A stretch of DNA of 62,968 nt, the filler included, from Stramenopiles sp. TOSAG23-2 (lineage: Eukaryota), in NCBI GenBank assembly GCA_900128395.1. It is 10 parts of 10 records of this genome, joined end to end, with 100 filler letters (N's around TTAATTAATTAA, not from the genome) between each part and the next. Parts side by side here need not be neighbours in the genome. Positions count along the whole stretch, not along the records: positions 28,545 to 37,864 come from LT650106.1; positions 37,965 to 47,281 come from LT650107.1; 8 more parts are not named here. One strand, 5' to 3'. Numbering within the stretch: the first letter of the stretch is position 1; every line of letters starts with the position of its first letter. Shown piece after piece: positions 34,541-44,279 of the stretch. The translations under genes and the position numbers were made by a program. The notes below the pieces were generated by a model that searched no databases, was not told the origin of the DNA, and saw only the letters and a list, made by a program, of their open reading frames with translations.

Positions 34541-37072
34541 TTACGATTTTTTTTTAATTAATTTCCATTCCTCTTGCAACGTTTCGTATCTGTAAACTAT
34601 TCTAACATCTGGCACATTTGTCATAGTCATATCATTTCCTAATGTACTTTCTTTACTATAATTTTTCCCAATAAAATGCCGTTTGAATGGATGTTCAAAA
34701 CCACTTTGCAACACACTATTACGTGCCAACTCACAAACATCACAATTTGACAATGCGTATACTTGCCTTGCAACACTATATTCTTCTAATAATGCATCTT
34801 TCGTGAAGTGCAATTGCAATGGATCATCAGTTGATAATGATACGTTCATTCCTATTTTAAAAAAATCAATAAATGGATTTTTTGCATATGTCAAAAACAG
34901 ACGATTATTACTCAAAGGTGACATGGCCAATCCAATTTGCATCAAGTAATATAAATACAACAACACAGGCGAATCTTTTAAACGGATACCATGGTTAATA
35001 TGATCAGCTAATAAAAAAGTACATGCAAGATGTGACTTTGAACCTGCTTCTCCACTATGTGGTCGTACGGAAAATGTATTTAGTCCTCTTTTATGCCTAA
35101 AATGATTTAATGATTGTATATTTGCCCAAAAATAATATAACCAATATCGATATGGTGGATTTTCTGGTCGTGTCCAATCTTCTGGCTTTGGCAAATTTAA
35201 ATCTCGTATTTCTGGCCGACTTTCATCATCAACACAGTCAAATCCAACCATGTGTTGTAAAAAAATATGTAAATTTTTATCAATGGATGGATCTTTACTA
35301 ACTTGAAACAATGGCTCAAAGAAATTATCTAATAAATCTTGAAACGAATTAAGTAAACCTATTTTCTTATAAATATGGTATAACCGCGGTAATTGAATCA
35401 TCCATCGTACTTCTTTACGCAACAATCGATTTTTAACAATCCAATTTCCTAAAATATTCCATTCTTTTTTATTCCTACCATAGATAGAAATACGAGGTTC
35501 CATCATTTGATATTTATTTTGCTCTAAATCATCAAATACTTCACTTGTTAGCTCTGCTAAATATCTTCCTTGAATTAAATTATTACTTTTTAAAAATATT
35601 TCACGCAAACGACTTTGTCCACACGGATTGTATTTCAAATTAAAACGATCAAATCGATGAAATGTCTCATGGTGTGCATGGGTATCCAGCGTATCTACGC
35701 TTAAATCGTATGCCGTTAACTCCAATGAATGAAATACATCGCGCAGCGATAAAAATTGTCCCTCACGATTGATAACAACTTCATCTGCACATGTACGTAA
35801 TTTACTTTTAATATAACGTAATAAATGCTTTGAATTCATACACGCAGAATGGTGTATGTGCGTATCTACTTTACGGACATTGTAGAAATCACGATGTGGC
35901 ACAGCTTTTTGCGCCGCTAATTCACGATCTCGATTTAACATAACATGGGTATTAAATTTTGATTTCAGAAAGATATTACGATTATACGCAAATGTTTTTG
36001 TTTTCGGATCTGTTGATGCATGAACAATAGTCTTAAAATCTTCTTCAAATTCTTCATATGATGGAATGATAAAATCATCATCCATGTCATTATTCTTATT
36101 ATCATCATCATCATTCGCATTTTTATTCAAATTAATCGTATCAAGAATGGTTTTAGCTTTCATTTCATTTTCTGAGGAGGATTTCATCGGTGAAGCAAAT
36201 GAAATGCTTTTACTAACGCCCCCCATAGTTGTTATATCATTTTGTTCGGTTTTCATCTTTATTGGTCTTGGTGAACCATTGTTAGAAAAATTACCTTTAA
36301 TTTTCGTTTCAAAATTTGCATAATAAACACCATCTTTGCATATAATATTATGTAATGTAGGCAATGGCAATGGTCTTTTATCATCATATGGATTGTATGG
36401 TATATCCGGCCTTCGTCTTAGCAATTCTTTTAATAAAGAATCATTCATTACATCAGCCATTTTCTCAATTTTAGATTTTCGTTTTTCTTTATTTCTTTTA
36501 AATAATTTGATGTATTCAGCTTTATTTAATCCACCCCAATTTTCATTATCTTTGTATTCCACGCAATACGAACGATATTTCTTGCGTTTTTCAACACAGT
36601 TTAAGAGTACATCGCATGCCTGGCTCGTCTCTTCATTGTAAAATGTCTCTCCACTTATATGAACTCGTTGAAATTTTACAGCTTCATTTGGATCATTATA
36701 ATTTGGAATATCATCTACAAATAAGTCCATATTTGATGGCGACTCGGCTTGTTTTTTAGTGATATCATCAAAGGAGCCACTGCCACGAGAACTTGGTCTG
36801 CGCGGCGATTCAGGTCGTTTAAACGAATAGCTTCTGACTATGGGAACTTTAAACGCTCCAATTTCATCTCCTTTATCATATTTATCTTCTTCCTCTTCAT
36901 CTTCATCAACTTCGTTTTCTTCATCTTCCATTCTTTTATCTTCCTCTCCGTTCGCGTCACCAATATGATGAGGCTCATCTAATGTGATATCTTGTATATT
37001 CACCGTTAAATTAGCAACATTACCATTTGCATTCTCCGGTGTCGTTAGTAAGGTTGAGTTATTAGATGACAT
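34541..37072 (-). CDS. AMPD: AMP deaminase
   Basis: PHRDFYNVRKVDTHIHHSACMN, FHRFDRFNLKYNP, GFDCVDDES, RPHSGEAG, SPLSNN, SLSTDDPLQ. Confidence 0.96.
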   Translation of the reverse strand: MSSNNSTLLTTPENANGNVANLTVNIQDITLDEPHHIGDANGEEDKRMEDEENEVDEDEEEEDKYDKGDEIGAFKVPIVRSYSFKRPESPRRPSSRGSGSFDDITKKQAESPSNMDLFVDDIPNYNDPNEAVKFQRVHISGETFYNEETSQACDVLLNCVEKRKKYRSYCVEYKDNENWGGLNKAEYIKLFKRNKEKRKSKIEKMADVMNDSLLKELLRRRPDIPYNPYDDKRPLPLPTLHNIICKDGVYYANFETKIKGNFSNNGSPRPIKMKTEQNDITTMGGVSKSISFASPMKSSSENEMKAKTILDTINLNKNANDDDDNKNNDMDDDFIIPSYEEFEEDFKTIVHASTDPKTKTFAYNRNIFLKSKFNTHVMLNRDRELAAQKAVPHRDFYNVRKVDTHIHHSACMNSKHLLRYIKSKLRTCADEVVINREGQFLSLRDVFHSLELTAYDLSVDTLDTHAHHETFHRFDRFNLKYNPCGQSRLREIFLKSNNLIQGRYLAELTSEVFDDLEQNKYQMMEPRISIYGRNKKEWNILGNWIVKNRLLRKEVRWMIQLPRLYHIYKKIGLLNSFQDLLDNFFEPLFQVSKDPSIDKNLHIFLQHMVGFDCVDDESRPEIRDLNLPKPEDWTRPENPPYRYWLYYFWANIQSLNHFRHKRGLNTFSVRPHSGEAGSKSHLACTFLLADHINHGIRLKDSPVLLYLYYLMQIGLAMSPLSNNRLFLTYAKNPFIDFFKIGMNVSLSTDDPLQLHFTKDALLEEYSVARQVYALSNCDVCELARNSVLQSGFEHPFKRHFIGKNYSKESTLGNDMTMTNVPDVRIVYRYETLQEEWKLIKKKS

Positions 37073-37991
37073 GGTACACTATTATAGTCTGGTCTCTCTT
37101 GATTGTTTGTTTTGTTATATTCTCTCTTCTTCTTGTTTCAACCAATACAAAGATACTGCCAAGATATTAATTATTTTGCTATCCAGCTATTATTATATTA
37201 TTATTTTTTTCAGAGTTAGATCTTTCTAGAAGATGTGCATCGGGCGGAGATCCAGAAGATCTTTCGTTGATGATGATGTGCACCCGATGAAAAAAAAAGC
37301 CATGGTGTGTCCACGCTAGCTATTACGAGACATGAGCTATAAGTAATATAGGTCTACCAGGATTATAAGTATAGCTACGAGTACGTGTGGTAAATATTAT
37401 AATATAATACTTTAAGGCTGAATTTGCTTTTAATAGGAAACTTTTCACAGCTTTTTAGCTTTGCCAGTTTGCCAGCGTACCAGGTATTTCGCCAGGTTTG
37501 CACCTTCTTCCAGCTTTTTTTTTAAAGTTGCTGTTATTTATGTTGCTTATCTTATTTTTTTAAATAGTTCAAGTTATAAAAATTGCCATCATAACCAGAA
37601 GTTTTTCCAATTTCAGTGAGGTGTGCAATACTGCAAACGTGAATATCCGCACATAATAAATCAATTATATATTGCGTGGGATTTAATGTACACCGTACTA
37701 ACCAGGTATCATCAGAGAGGATATCATATTGAAAAACGTTTTTCTGGTATTAGTAAGAAAATAAACACTGCATTTCCAATATTCATATTAATAATAGTAT
37801 TATTGATGATATTTAAAAACTGCTAGTACTATTAATGAATTAAATACGGTTTCGTAAAAATTAANNNNNNNNNNNNNNNNNNNNNNNNNNNNNNNNNNNN
37901 NNNNNNNNTTAATTAATTAANNNNNNNNNNNNNNNNNNNNNNNNNNNNNNNNNNNNNNNNNNNNTACACAAAAGAAAGCATGTTTAGTATA

Positions 37992-38234
37992 TCAAGCTGC
38001 TGTGGATGAACTACAAGGTGGTTTTGCAACTTGTTGAAAACGTAATTTTTGAGCAATACTTTTCACCACTTTTGCTTTACGTAAATTATTACGTGTTGTT
38101 GCTTGCACTTTATTATTATGTGATGCATGATGGTGGTGGTGGTGGTGGTGATTATGATGATGTGTATGTGGTTTCCCATGACCCATCACCATTAATAAAC
38201 CTACTATACATATCAAAAGGATAACTTTATTCAT
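37992..38234 (-). CDS. Small putatively secreted His-rich protein (80 aa)
   Basis: Signal-peptide-like MNKVILLICIVGLLMVMGHG followed by HTHHHNHHHHHHHH and a basic tail. Confidence 0.55.
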   Translation of the reverse strand: MNKVILLICIVGLLMVMGHGKPHTHHHNHHHHHHHHASHNNKVQATTRNNLRKAKVVKSIAQKLRFQQVAKPPCSSSTAA

Positions 38235-38653
38235 TTTGTTTTGTTTAAAAAATATACTATTTTTTCCTTTCCCAAAATTTTTAAAATTATAATAACTTTT
38301 AGTCTCCTACAATATAAACTTTCTATGTAAGTATCAAACAATATATAATATCTATATATATTCTTGTTTAATACTTTCTCAACACACTATTATATTTAAT
38401 AAATATACAAAACTTATTTGTCTTTTGATATGTGTATGTGATATGTCTTCTCTTCATGCTATTATTATTTATATATGTTAATATTTGTTTTAATCGAAGG
38501 TGATTTTTGATGTATTTTCTGTTATAGACTATCAAGCCTAAGTGGCTATCAGTTTGTATTGATGAAATAACTACATTTAATAAAAATTGATCAGAACTTG
38601 ACAAAGGTAGTCCCTCTTTTTTGGTGAGGATCGATGAGTCACCTCTTTTATTT

Positions 38654-38980
38654 GATAGAAGGGGGATAGCGGGTGAGGAGATAGAAGGGGGATAGCATTG
38701 GTGAGGAGATAGAATGGGGATAGCATTGGCGAGGAGATAGAAGGGGGATAGCATTGGTGAAGAGATAGAAGGGGGATAGCATAGGTGAGGAGATAGAATG
38801 GGGATAGCATAGGTGAGGAGATAGAATGGGGATAGCATTGGTGAAGAGATAGAAGGGGGATAGCACTGGTGAGGAGATAGAATGGGGATAGCATTGGTGA
38901 GGAGATAGAAGGGGGATAGCACTGGTCACGAGATAGAATGGGGATAGCATTGGTGAGGAGATAGAATCGGAATAGCATTG
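38654..38980 (+). repeat. 28-bp purine-rich minisatellite, ~11.5 copies, consensus GATAGCATTGGTGAGGAGATAGAA(G/T)GGG
   Basis: Units start at 38691, 38719, 38747 and so on to 38943 with point variants and degenerate end copies; no spacers. Confidence 0.95.
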
Positions 38981-39367
38981 CTGAATATTAATAATAGTAT
39001 AGTAATAACTATAATAATAGTACCTATCATAGGTAAAGGTGGAGGTGATGGGTGATGGGACTGCTGTACTATGCGAATAGCACAGCGGGGTTTCCTGATG
39101 GGTGATGGGTTGTTATAAAATGATGAAGAACAAAGAAGAAGTGCCAAAAATGGACGTAGTATTTTTACAGTTTTATTATCCTGCACATACATATCTAGCC
39201 TGGATAGTACCGTAGATATTATATTGATCAATATATAACATCATTGGAAAACAAAAGTAGAAACGACATTGTATATGTTAATAAAAGTGCTGAAAGGAAG
39301 AAAAATTGAATTTACAACATTATTGTTATTGAAAAAATCACAAAAATTATTATATAAAATCACCATC

Positions 39368-40669
39368 ATGAATAACGAAACAAAACATTTAAAAAATAGC
39401 AATAGTAATAAATATGTTGCCCCATTGGACACACCTATTAATACCAAAAATAATAGTAAACAAAAACAATCATGGAGAGAAGCAAAAGCTATTGCAGATG
39501 TAAAATTGAAAAAGGAAAGAGAGCAAAATATTCATCCACACTCATTGTATTTCACAGATAGCAAAGGATGGCAACGTTCCTATCAGTGGGCATTAGCACC
39601 ACCAAATACATGTTTAAAAATCTTAAATCATTTTTTGTATTTAATTTATACATGTACAACAGCAAGTTTTGCATATTTTTGGGGTTTCAGCCCTGTGTCT
39701 GTTGTTGCAATGACACTGCTTGGTATCAATGTCTGGGCAAAATTTGTGACGAATGGAACCAAATTCCAAAAAGATGACTCGGCGCCATTTGAGATATTAA
39801 GAATGGTTAAGGATGACGAGAAAAAAGATATATTCAAACAAATGAAAGATCCGATGGGATCCTTTACAAAAAGTGAAAGCTTTGTATCGCAGTGCGATGG
39901 TTTATTGATGATGGGTGCAACTTTTGGGCTTTATATCTACTATCTGATATATCTTGTAGTAACACCGATTATGCACACTGTATTTTGGATGCATCTTACT
40001 TATATGGTGTTAGGGAACATAGAAGCAAATCCTTTTAAAGCAGGAATTGAGACATTTTATTTTCTTCCACTCGCAAAACAATTGACGCAAATGATTAATA
40101 CGTATGAAATTGTAGAGACAATAACAGATGTAGAGAGCGGGGAAGACAAACTTGATTTTAAAAACGGATACGACAATTACAATATTATGATTGAACTGGT
40201 AGAAAACTTTTCGAAGACTTTCGCATCTTTTTTTTTCTTTGCTGAGTTTACGCTTGTTTTAGGAACACTATGTTTCCTCATTGCGTCATATGATCAAATA
40301 TCTTTGCTAATCAATTCTCCATTTTGTTGGAAACATATTTTTCCTGCTGTACTGATGACATCCATGTTTATTGGACTGGCATTGTTTGTAAAAATAATAT
40401 TTGGAATGGCTGCTGGGTTGACTGCTGCAATGTTACGACTTGAAAATCGTATGCATAAATTAAATGCGCAAGTGAATTCAAATTTTACCAACCAAAAAGA
40501 AGAAAGTAAAGAATTTACTGCACATGTAATAGCAGGATTACATTTAACTGGTTTTCGATCAATGGGTATCGTAATTAGTGAATCGTTAGGAGCAAAAATA
40601 GCATATGCATTTATATCCATAATTGGTACAGGCGGCATGATTGCATTGAGATATATGCCCGCAGTGTAA
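39368..40669 (+). CDS. Polytopic membrane protein (~7 TM), candidate gustatory-receptor-like / 7TM ion channel superfamily member
   Basis: About 7 hydrophobic segments after a soluble N-terminus; YDNYNIMIELVENFSKTFASFFFF before TM5; C-terminal TGFRSMGIVISESLGAKIAYAFISIIG resembling the kinked TM7. CDS is confident; family assignment is by eye. Confidence 0.6.
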   Translation: MNNETKHLKNSNSNKYVAPLDTPINTKNNSKQKQSWREAKAIADVKLKKEREQNIHPHSLYFTDSKGWQRSYQWALAPPNTCLKILNHFLYLIYTCTTASFAYFWGFSPVSVVAMTLLGINVWAKFVTNGTKFQKDDSAPFEILRMVKDDEKKDIFKQMKDPMGSFTKSESFVSQCDGLLMMGATFGLYIYYLIYLVVTPIMHTVFWMHLTYMVLGNIEANPFKAGIETFYFLPLAKQLTQMINTYEIVETITDVESGEDKLDFKNGYDNYNIMIELVENFSKTFASFFFFAEFTLVLGTLCFLIASYDQISLLINSPFCWKHIFPAVLMTSMFIGLALFVKIIFGMAAGLTAAMLRLENRMHKLNAQVNSNFTNQKEESKEFTAHVIAGLHLTGFRSMGIVISESLGAKIAYAFISIIGTGGMIALRYMPAV

Positions 40670-41114
40670 AAAATAAATTTACACAGGGGGGTAGATAATT
40701 TTTATCTTTTTATAAAAAGCATATACATGCTTCGTGTGTGTACATAAATATCATTTCCTGAGATTGAGTATTGAGCGTTGAGCGTATTAGTATTTTCCAC
40801 ACAGGAAGTAAAATTATTTAATAATTTAAAAATAAGATTGTGAGAATATCAAACACACTAGTGTGAGATAGATTATTTCAGTTATAATATTTTATTCTTA
40901 GGAATTATCATGAGTAAATTAAAAATTAAATTATAATACGATTCGTACGTATGTGTAAAATTTATTATATACTTTCGTATAAAAATAATAACTTAGATTT
41001 TAAACCAAATCTTAATCTAAAGATATATATTTTATATAACATATGAGTAAGAGAAAAAAACATATATGATATGCATACGCATTTTAATTTTACACATGCG
41101 CGCATTTTCTTTTT

Positions 41115-42344
41115 TTACACACCACACTCCATTTGATTGTAAAATTGATCATGTTTTTGCCCACAACCCCATTTCATACAATATGCACCACATCTATTCA
41201 CACCACCAACACGATCGTAAACATACCCATCATAGGTATATCCACCCCATTGTAAAATCATATTCTCCTCACCACTATATTGACTTGCATAAATAGTATT
41301 TAATTTCTTTGGATCTTTTGCTATTAAATATCCTAAACATTTTTCCATCGGTTCAGATAATGCATCCCATGGCCCACCCGCATTTCCATTACTTGTACCT
41401 TCTTTTGTATGCCAAAAATCTTTAAATGGGCCTATAACATTTGGTTCATAATATTCTGTCCAATGATGATCATCCCCTTCAATAGATTGAGAGCAACCAG
41501 CAATACGTATTGGAATACCAACACTTCTCGCAGCAGCAGCCATTGTAATTGCAGTTCCTGTACAACTACCATGATGTTCCACAACTTGTTGTGGTGATAA
41601 ATTCATTGGCGATGTTTCTGATTCCCATGATATTGGATCGCCAAGTTCAGCATTTCCATCAACTTGTAAATACCCACTGATAAAAGATGATGGAATTTCA
41701 CTTGCAATATAATGCATTGCACTTGTTATATTTTCCAATTTAGAAATATTATGATGAAACAATTGATAAAACCGAGAACGCCATTTAAAAGTTAAATCTC
41801 TTTTTTCATTTAAAAATGAATATGGTAAAACATAATCTAAGAAAATTTCAATAGGAATTTCCTTTGCGTTTAAAAACGATGGTCCTTTCGTACGTGATAA
41901 AATGGCATATCGGATATGTTGAAATAAATATTCTAAAAATACATCTAATTGTCCATACATTAAAATAGTATCCCTTCGTGGCATGAATTGAATAAGGTGT
42001 GTAAGACATAATTTTGTTAAAGAAGCATTATTCCAATAATATCCATGAAGATTACCATATGATATTATTGTGGATGATATGATATCCAATTGTTCATAGG
42101 TTGTGCTGTTATTATTATTATTACTGTCGCTGCTACTACACATATCCGTAGCTACCTTTGCATCTTTTTGATTGGAAATATAATTTAATAAATTATTTTT
42201 ACAAAAATGACAAATAAAAAATTGGACATCCGAGGTAGATTTTAAACAATTTAAATTATCATTTTCTTTTGCTCCTACTACAACAATATTTGTTGTAGCA
42301 ATAGTAATTATTAATATTGCAATAGTGAATAAACGCAATGTCAT
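41115..42344 (-). CDS. Secreted transglutaminase-like (TGase-core) protein
   Basis: Signal peptide MTLRLFTIAILIITIATT; FLDYVLPY..NE..WRSRF; catalytic-type GSCTG..AARSVGIPIR..DHHWTEY; Cys-rich tail. Confidence 0.75.
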   Translation of the reverse strand: MTLRLFTIAILIITIATTNIVVVGAKENDNLNCLKSTSDVQFFICHFCKNNLLNYISNQKDAKVATDMCSSSDSNNNNNSTTYEQLDIISSTIISYGNLHGYYWNNASLTKLCLTHLIQFMPRRDTILMYGQLDVFLEYLFQHIRYAILSRTKGPSFLNAKEIPIEIFLDYVLPYSFLNEKRDLTFKWRSRFYQLFHHNISKLENITSAMHYIASEIPSSFISGYLQVDGNAELGDPISWESETSPMNLSPQQVVEHHGSCTGTAITMAAAARSVGIPIRIAGCSQSIEGDDHHWTEYYEPNVIGPFKDFWHTKEGTSNGNAGGPWDALSEPMEKCLGYLIAKDPKKLNTIYASQYSGEENMILQWGGYTYDGYVYDRVGGVNRCGAYCMKWGCGQKHDQFYNQMECGV

Positions 42345-42596
42345 CAATCCTGCACTGTGTTTGTGGAAGAAAATCCTGTGTACCAGAGGAATCAATCCTG
42401 CACTGTGTTTGTGGAAGAAAATCCTGTACCAGAGGAATCAATCCTGCACTGTGTTTGTGGAAGAAAATCCTGTAACGTTTTAGTGAGCCAGAGGTTTGGT
42501 GGAACAATGGAAATTCCAGTGTATTACTGTGTTTGTGGAACGATGAAAATCCTGTAACGTTTTTGAAAATCCTGTATACTGTGTTTGTGGAACGAA
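42343..42596 (+). repeat. 46-48 bp tandem repeat (about 3 copies) decaying into shuffled sub-motifs (ACTGTGTTTGTGGAA, GAAAATCCTGTA), abutting the transglutaminase start codon
   Basis: Copies start at 42343, 42391 and 42437; partial copies near 42526 and 42578. Confidence 0.85.
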
Positions 42597-43096
42597 GTGT
42601 ATGTGTGGAGATTATCTATTTTGTTGTTGTTGTCTTTCTACCAAACATAGATATGTATATTACATGTATATAGCTATGATTGTTGTTGTTGTTGGTGGTG
42701 TGTCTCGGATTTTAGGAGGGGAATAACATTGGGAGACTGGAACAGGGGGATAGCATAAGGATATCGAAATAAGCAATAAGATCGAAATAGCATTATGGAT
42801 CAAGAAAGCGACAAATGATGTGTGATATTTAAGATACTAGGAGCTATTGTACCCTATGTACCAAACATTTTGCCTCAATTCGCAGCACCAACACAGCATT
42901 ATAATTAAATGTTGACACGATACTTTCCGATGCAAAAATCATCCCGTTAATAAATAGGTGCATAGAGGAGTTACATTCGATATGAGTACATATTTAGATT
43001 GGATGTATATGGATAAGGAATGGATGTATATGAGACAAATTTATATATAATATATATATAGTTGTGATTTGATAAGGGTAAGAAGTGAATATTGAA

Positions 43097-43380
43097 ATGC
43101 CTTATAAATATGGACGGACACCTCTTTGGTATGCATGTTGTAACGGTGATTTAGCAAAGGTAAAAAAATTATATTTCAAGACAAAGTTGAAGATATAAAG
43201 GATGATTATGAAATTAGCCAGAACACATTGCTACAACAAGCGACATTTACTGACAGGAAATTGACAGAAATCGACATTTTAAAAGAACAAATTAAAAAAT
43301 TAAACAAACAGAAAGAGGCACAAGAAAAATTGACAAGCGAGCTTCTAAACAAGATCAAAAAGCTTGAAGGGAGAGAATGA
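43097..43380 (+). pseudogene. Ankyrin-repeat fragment plus coiled-coil segment in a different frame (remnant or frameshifted small gene)
   Basis: MPYKYGRTPLWYACCNGDLAKVKKL matches an ankyrin consensus. After the A7 run at 43162-43168 a second frame reads EDIKDDYEISQ..EQIKKLNKQKEAQEKLTSELLNKIKKLEGRE*. Confidence 0.45.
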
Positions 43381-43754
43381 AAAAAACATTCTGTACATGT
43401 GTATAGTTTAAAAATACAAATTATTTTTACTTTCCATAATTTTTCACAATTTTTATTATTATAATCGCACACAATAATTTTTTTAATTTTTACTCTGCTT
43501 TTTATAAAAAAAAAAATAATTTTTTGTATTTATAAGATTTGCCAGTTATAAGTTATAGAGAGTCTCTCTCTCTCTACCAGGTACGCTAAACAAATATTAA
43601 TATTATTATTGAATGATGATATATTATTATAGATAGATAGATAGATATACACACCAGTTAACAATCATATATTATAAGGAAGACGTTATAGATTACATTT
43701 GATTACATTTAATAAGATACGCGTAAAATATATACACACATTTATAAAATTAAC

Positions 43755-44192
43755 ATGATTGATTATATACTTAATTTCATTCAAAGCAATCCATTATTAA
43801 CATGTTTAGCTTTATTTTGGATATATCGTATTTACCAATCCCAAAAGCCATTTCCAAAAGTAGAAGGATCGAAAGTTAAATCAATTAGTTCCATGCCAGA
43901 ATTTGAACAAGCCCTTTTAGAAGGAAAAAAAGAAGGTAAACGTGTATTATGTGATTTTTATGCAACCTGGTGCCCGCCGTGTAAGATGGCTGCACCAGTT
44001 TATGGTGGGTGGTCAAAAGAACATACAAATGTTATGTTTTTAAAAGTTAATGTCGATACTGCTAGTGATGTTGCAAGACATTGTGAAATAAAAGCAATGC
44101 CAACGTTTAAATGTTATGTCGATGGAAAAGAAACAGATACTTGTCAAGGATGGAATCAAGGAAAGGTTTTGCAAATGGTAAAAGGGGAATAA
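43755..44192 (+). CDS. Thioredoxin with N-terminal membrane anchor (WCPPC active site)
   Basis: DFYATWCPPCK, FLKVNVD, IKAMPTF; hydrophobic PLLTCLALFWIY segment. Confidence 0.9.
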   Translation: MIDYILNFIQSNPLLTCLALFWIYRIYQSQKPFPKVEGSKVKSISSMPEFEQALLEGKKEGKRVLCDFYATWCPPCKMAAPVYGGWSKEHTNVMFLKVNVDTASDVARHCEIKAMPTFKCYVDGKETDTCQGWNQGKVLQMVKGE

Positions 44193-44279
44193 ATATTATA
44201 CGGAGTTTATTTTATTTATATTTATACGTCGTACGAAATATTTTAATTTTTTTATTTCTCTACACTTTTCCTATTCCTT

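Noticed and set aside
38654-38980. Possible CRISPR array, and the three repetitive ORFs over it (38368..38978)
   Set aside because: Units are head-to-tail with no unique spacers, there are no cas genes and the context is eukaryotic. The ORFs arise because the pyrimidine-rich strand of the 28-bp repeat lacks stops.
42343-42596. CRISPR-like repeat-spacer pattern
   Set aside because: The intervening sequences are themselves repeat-derived and irregular in length.
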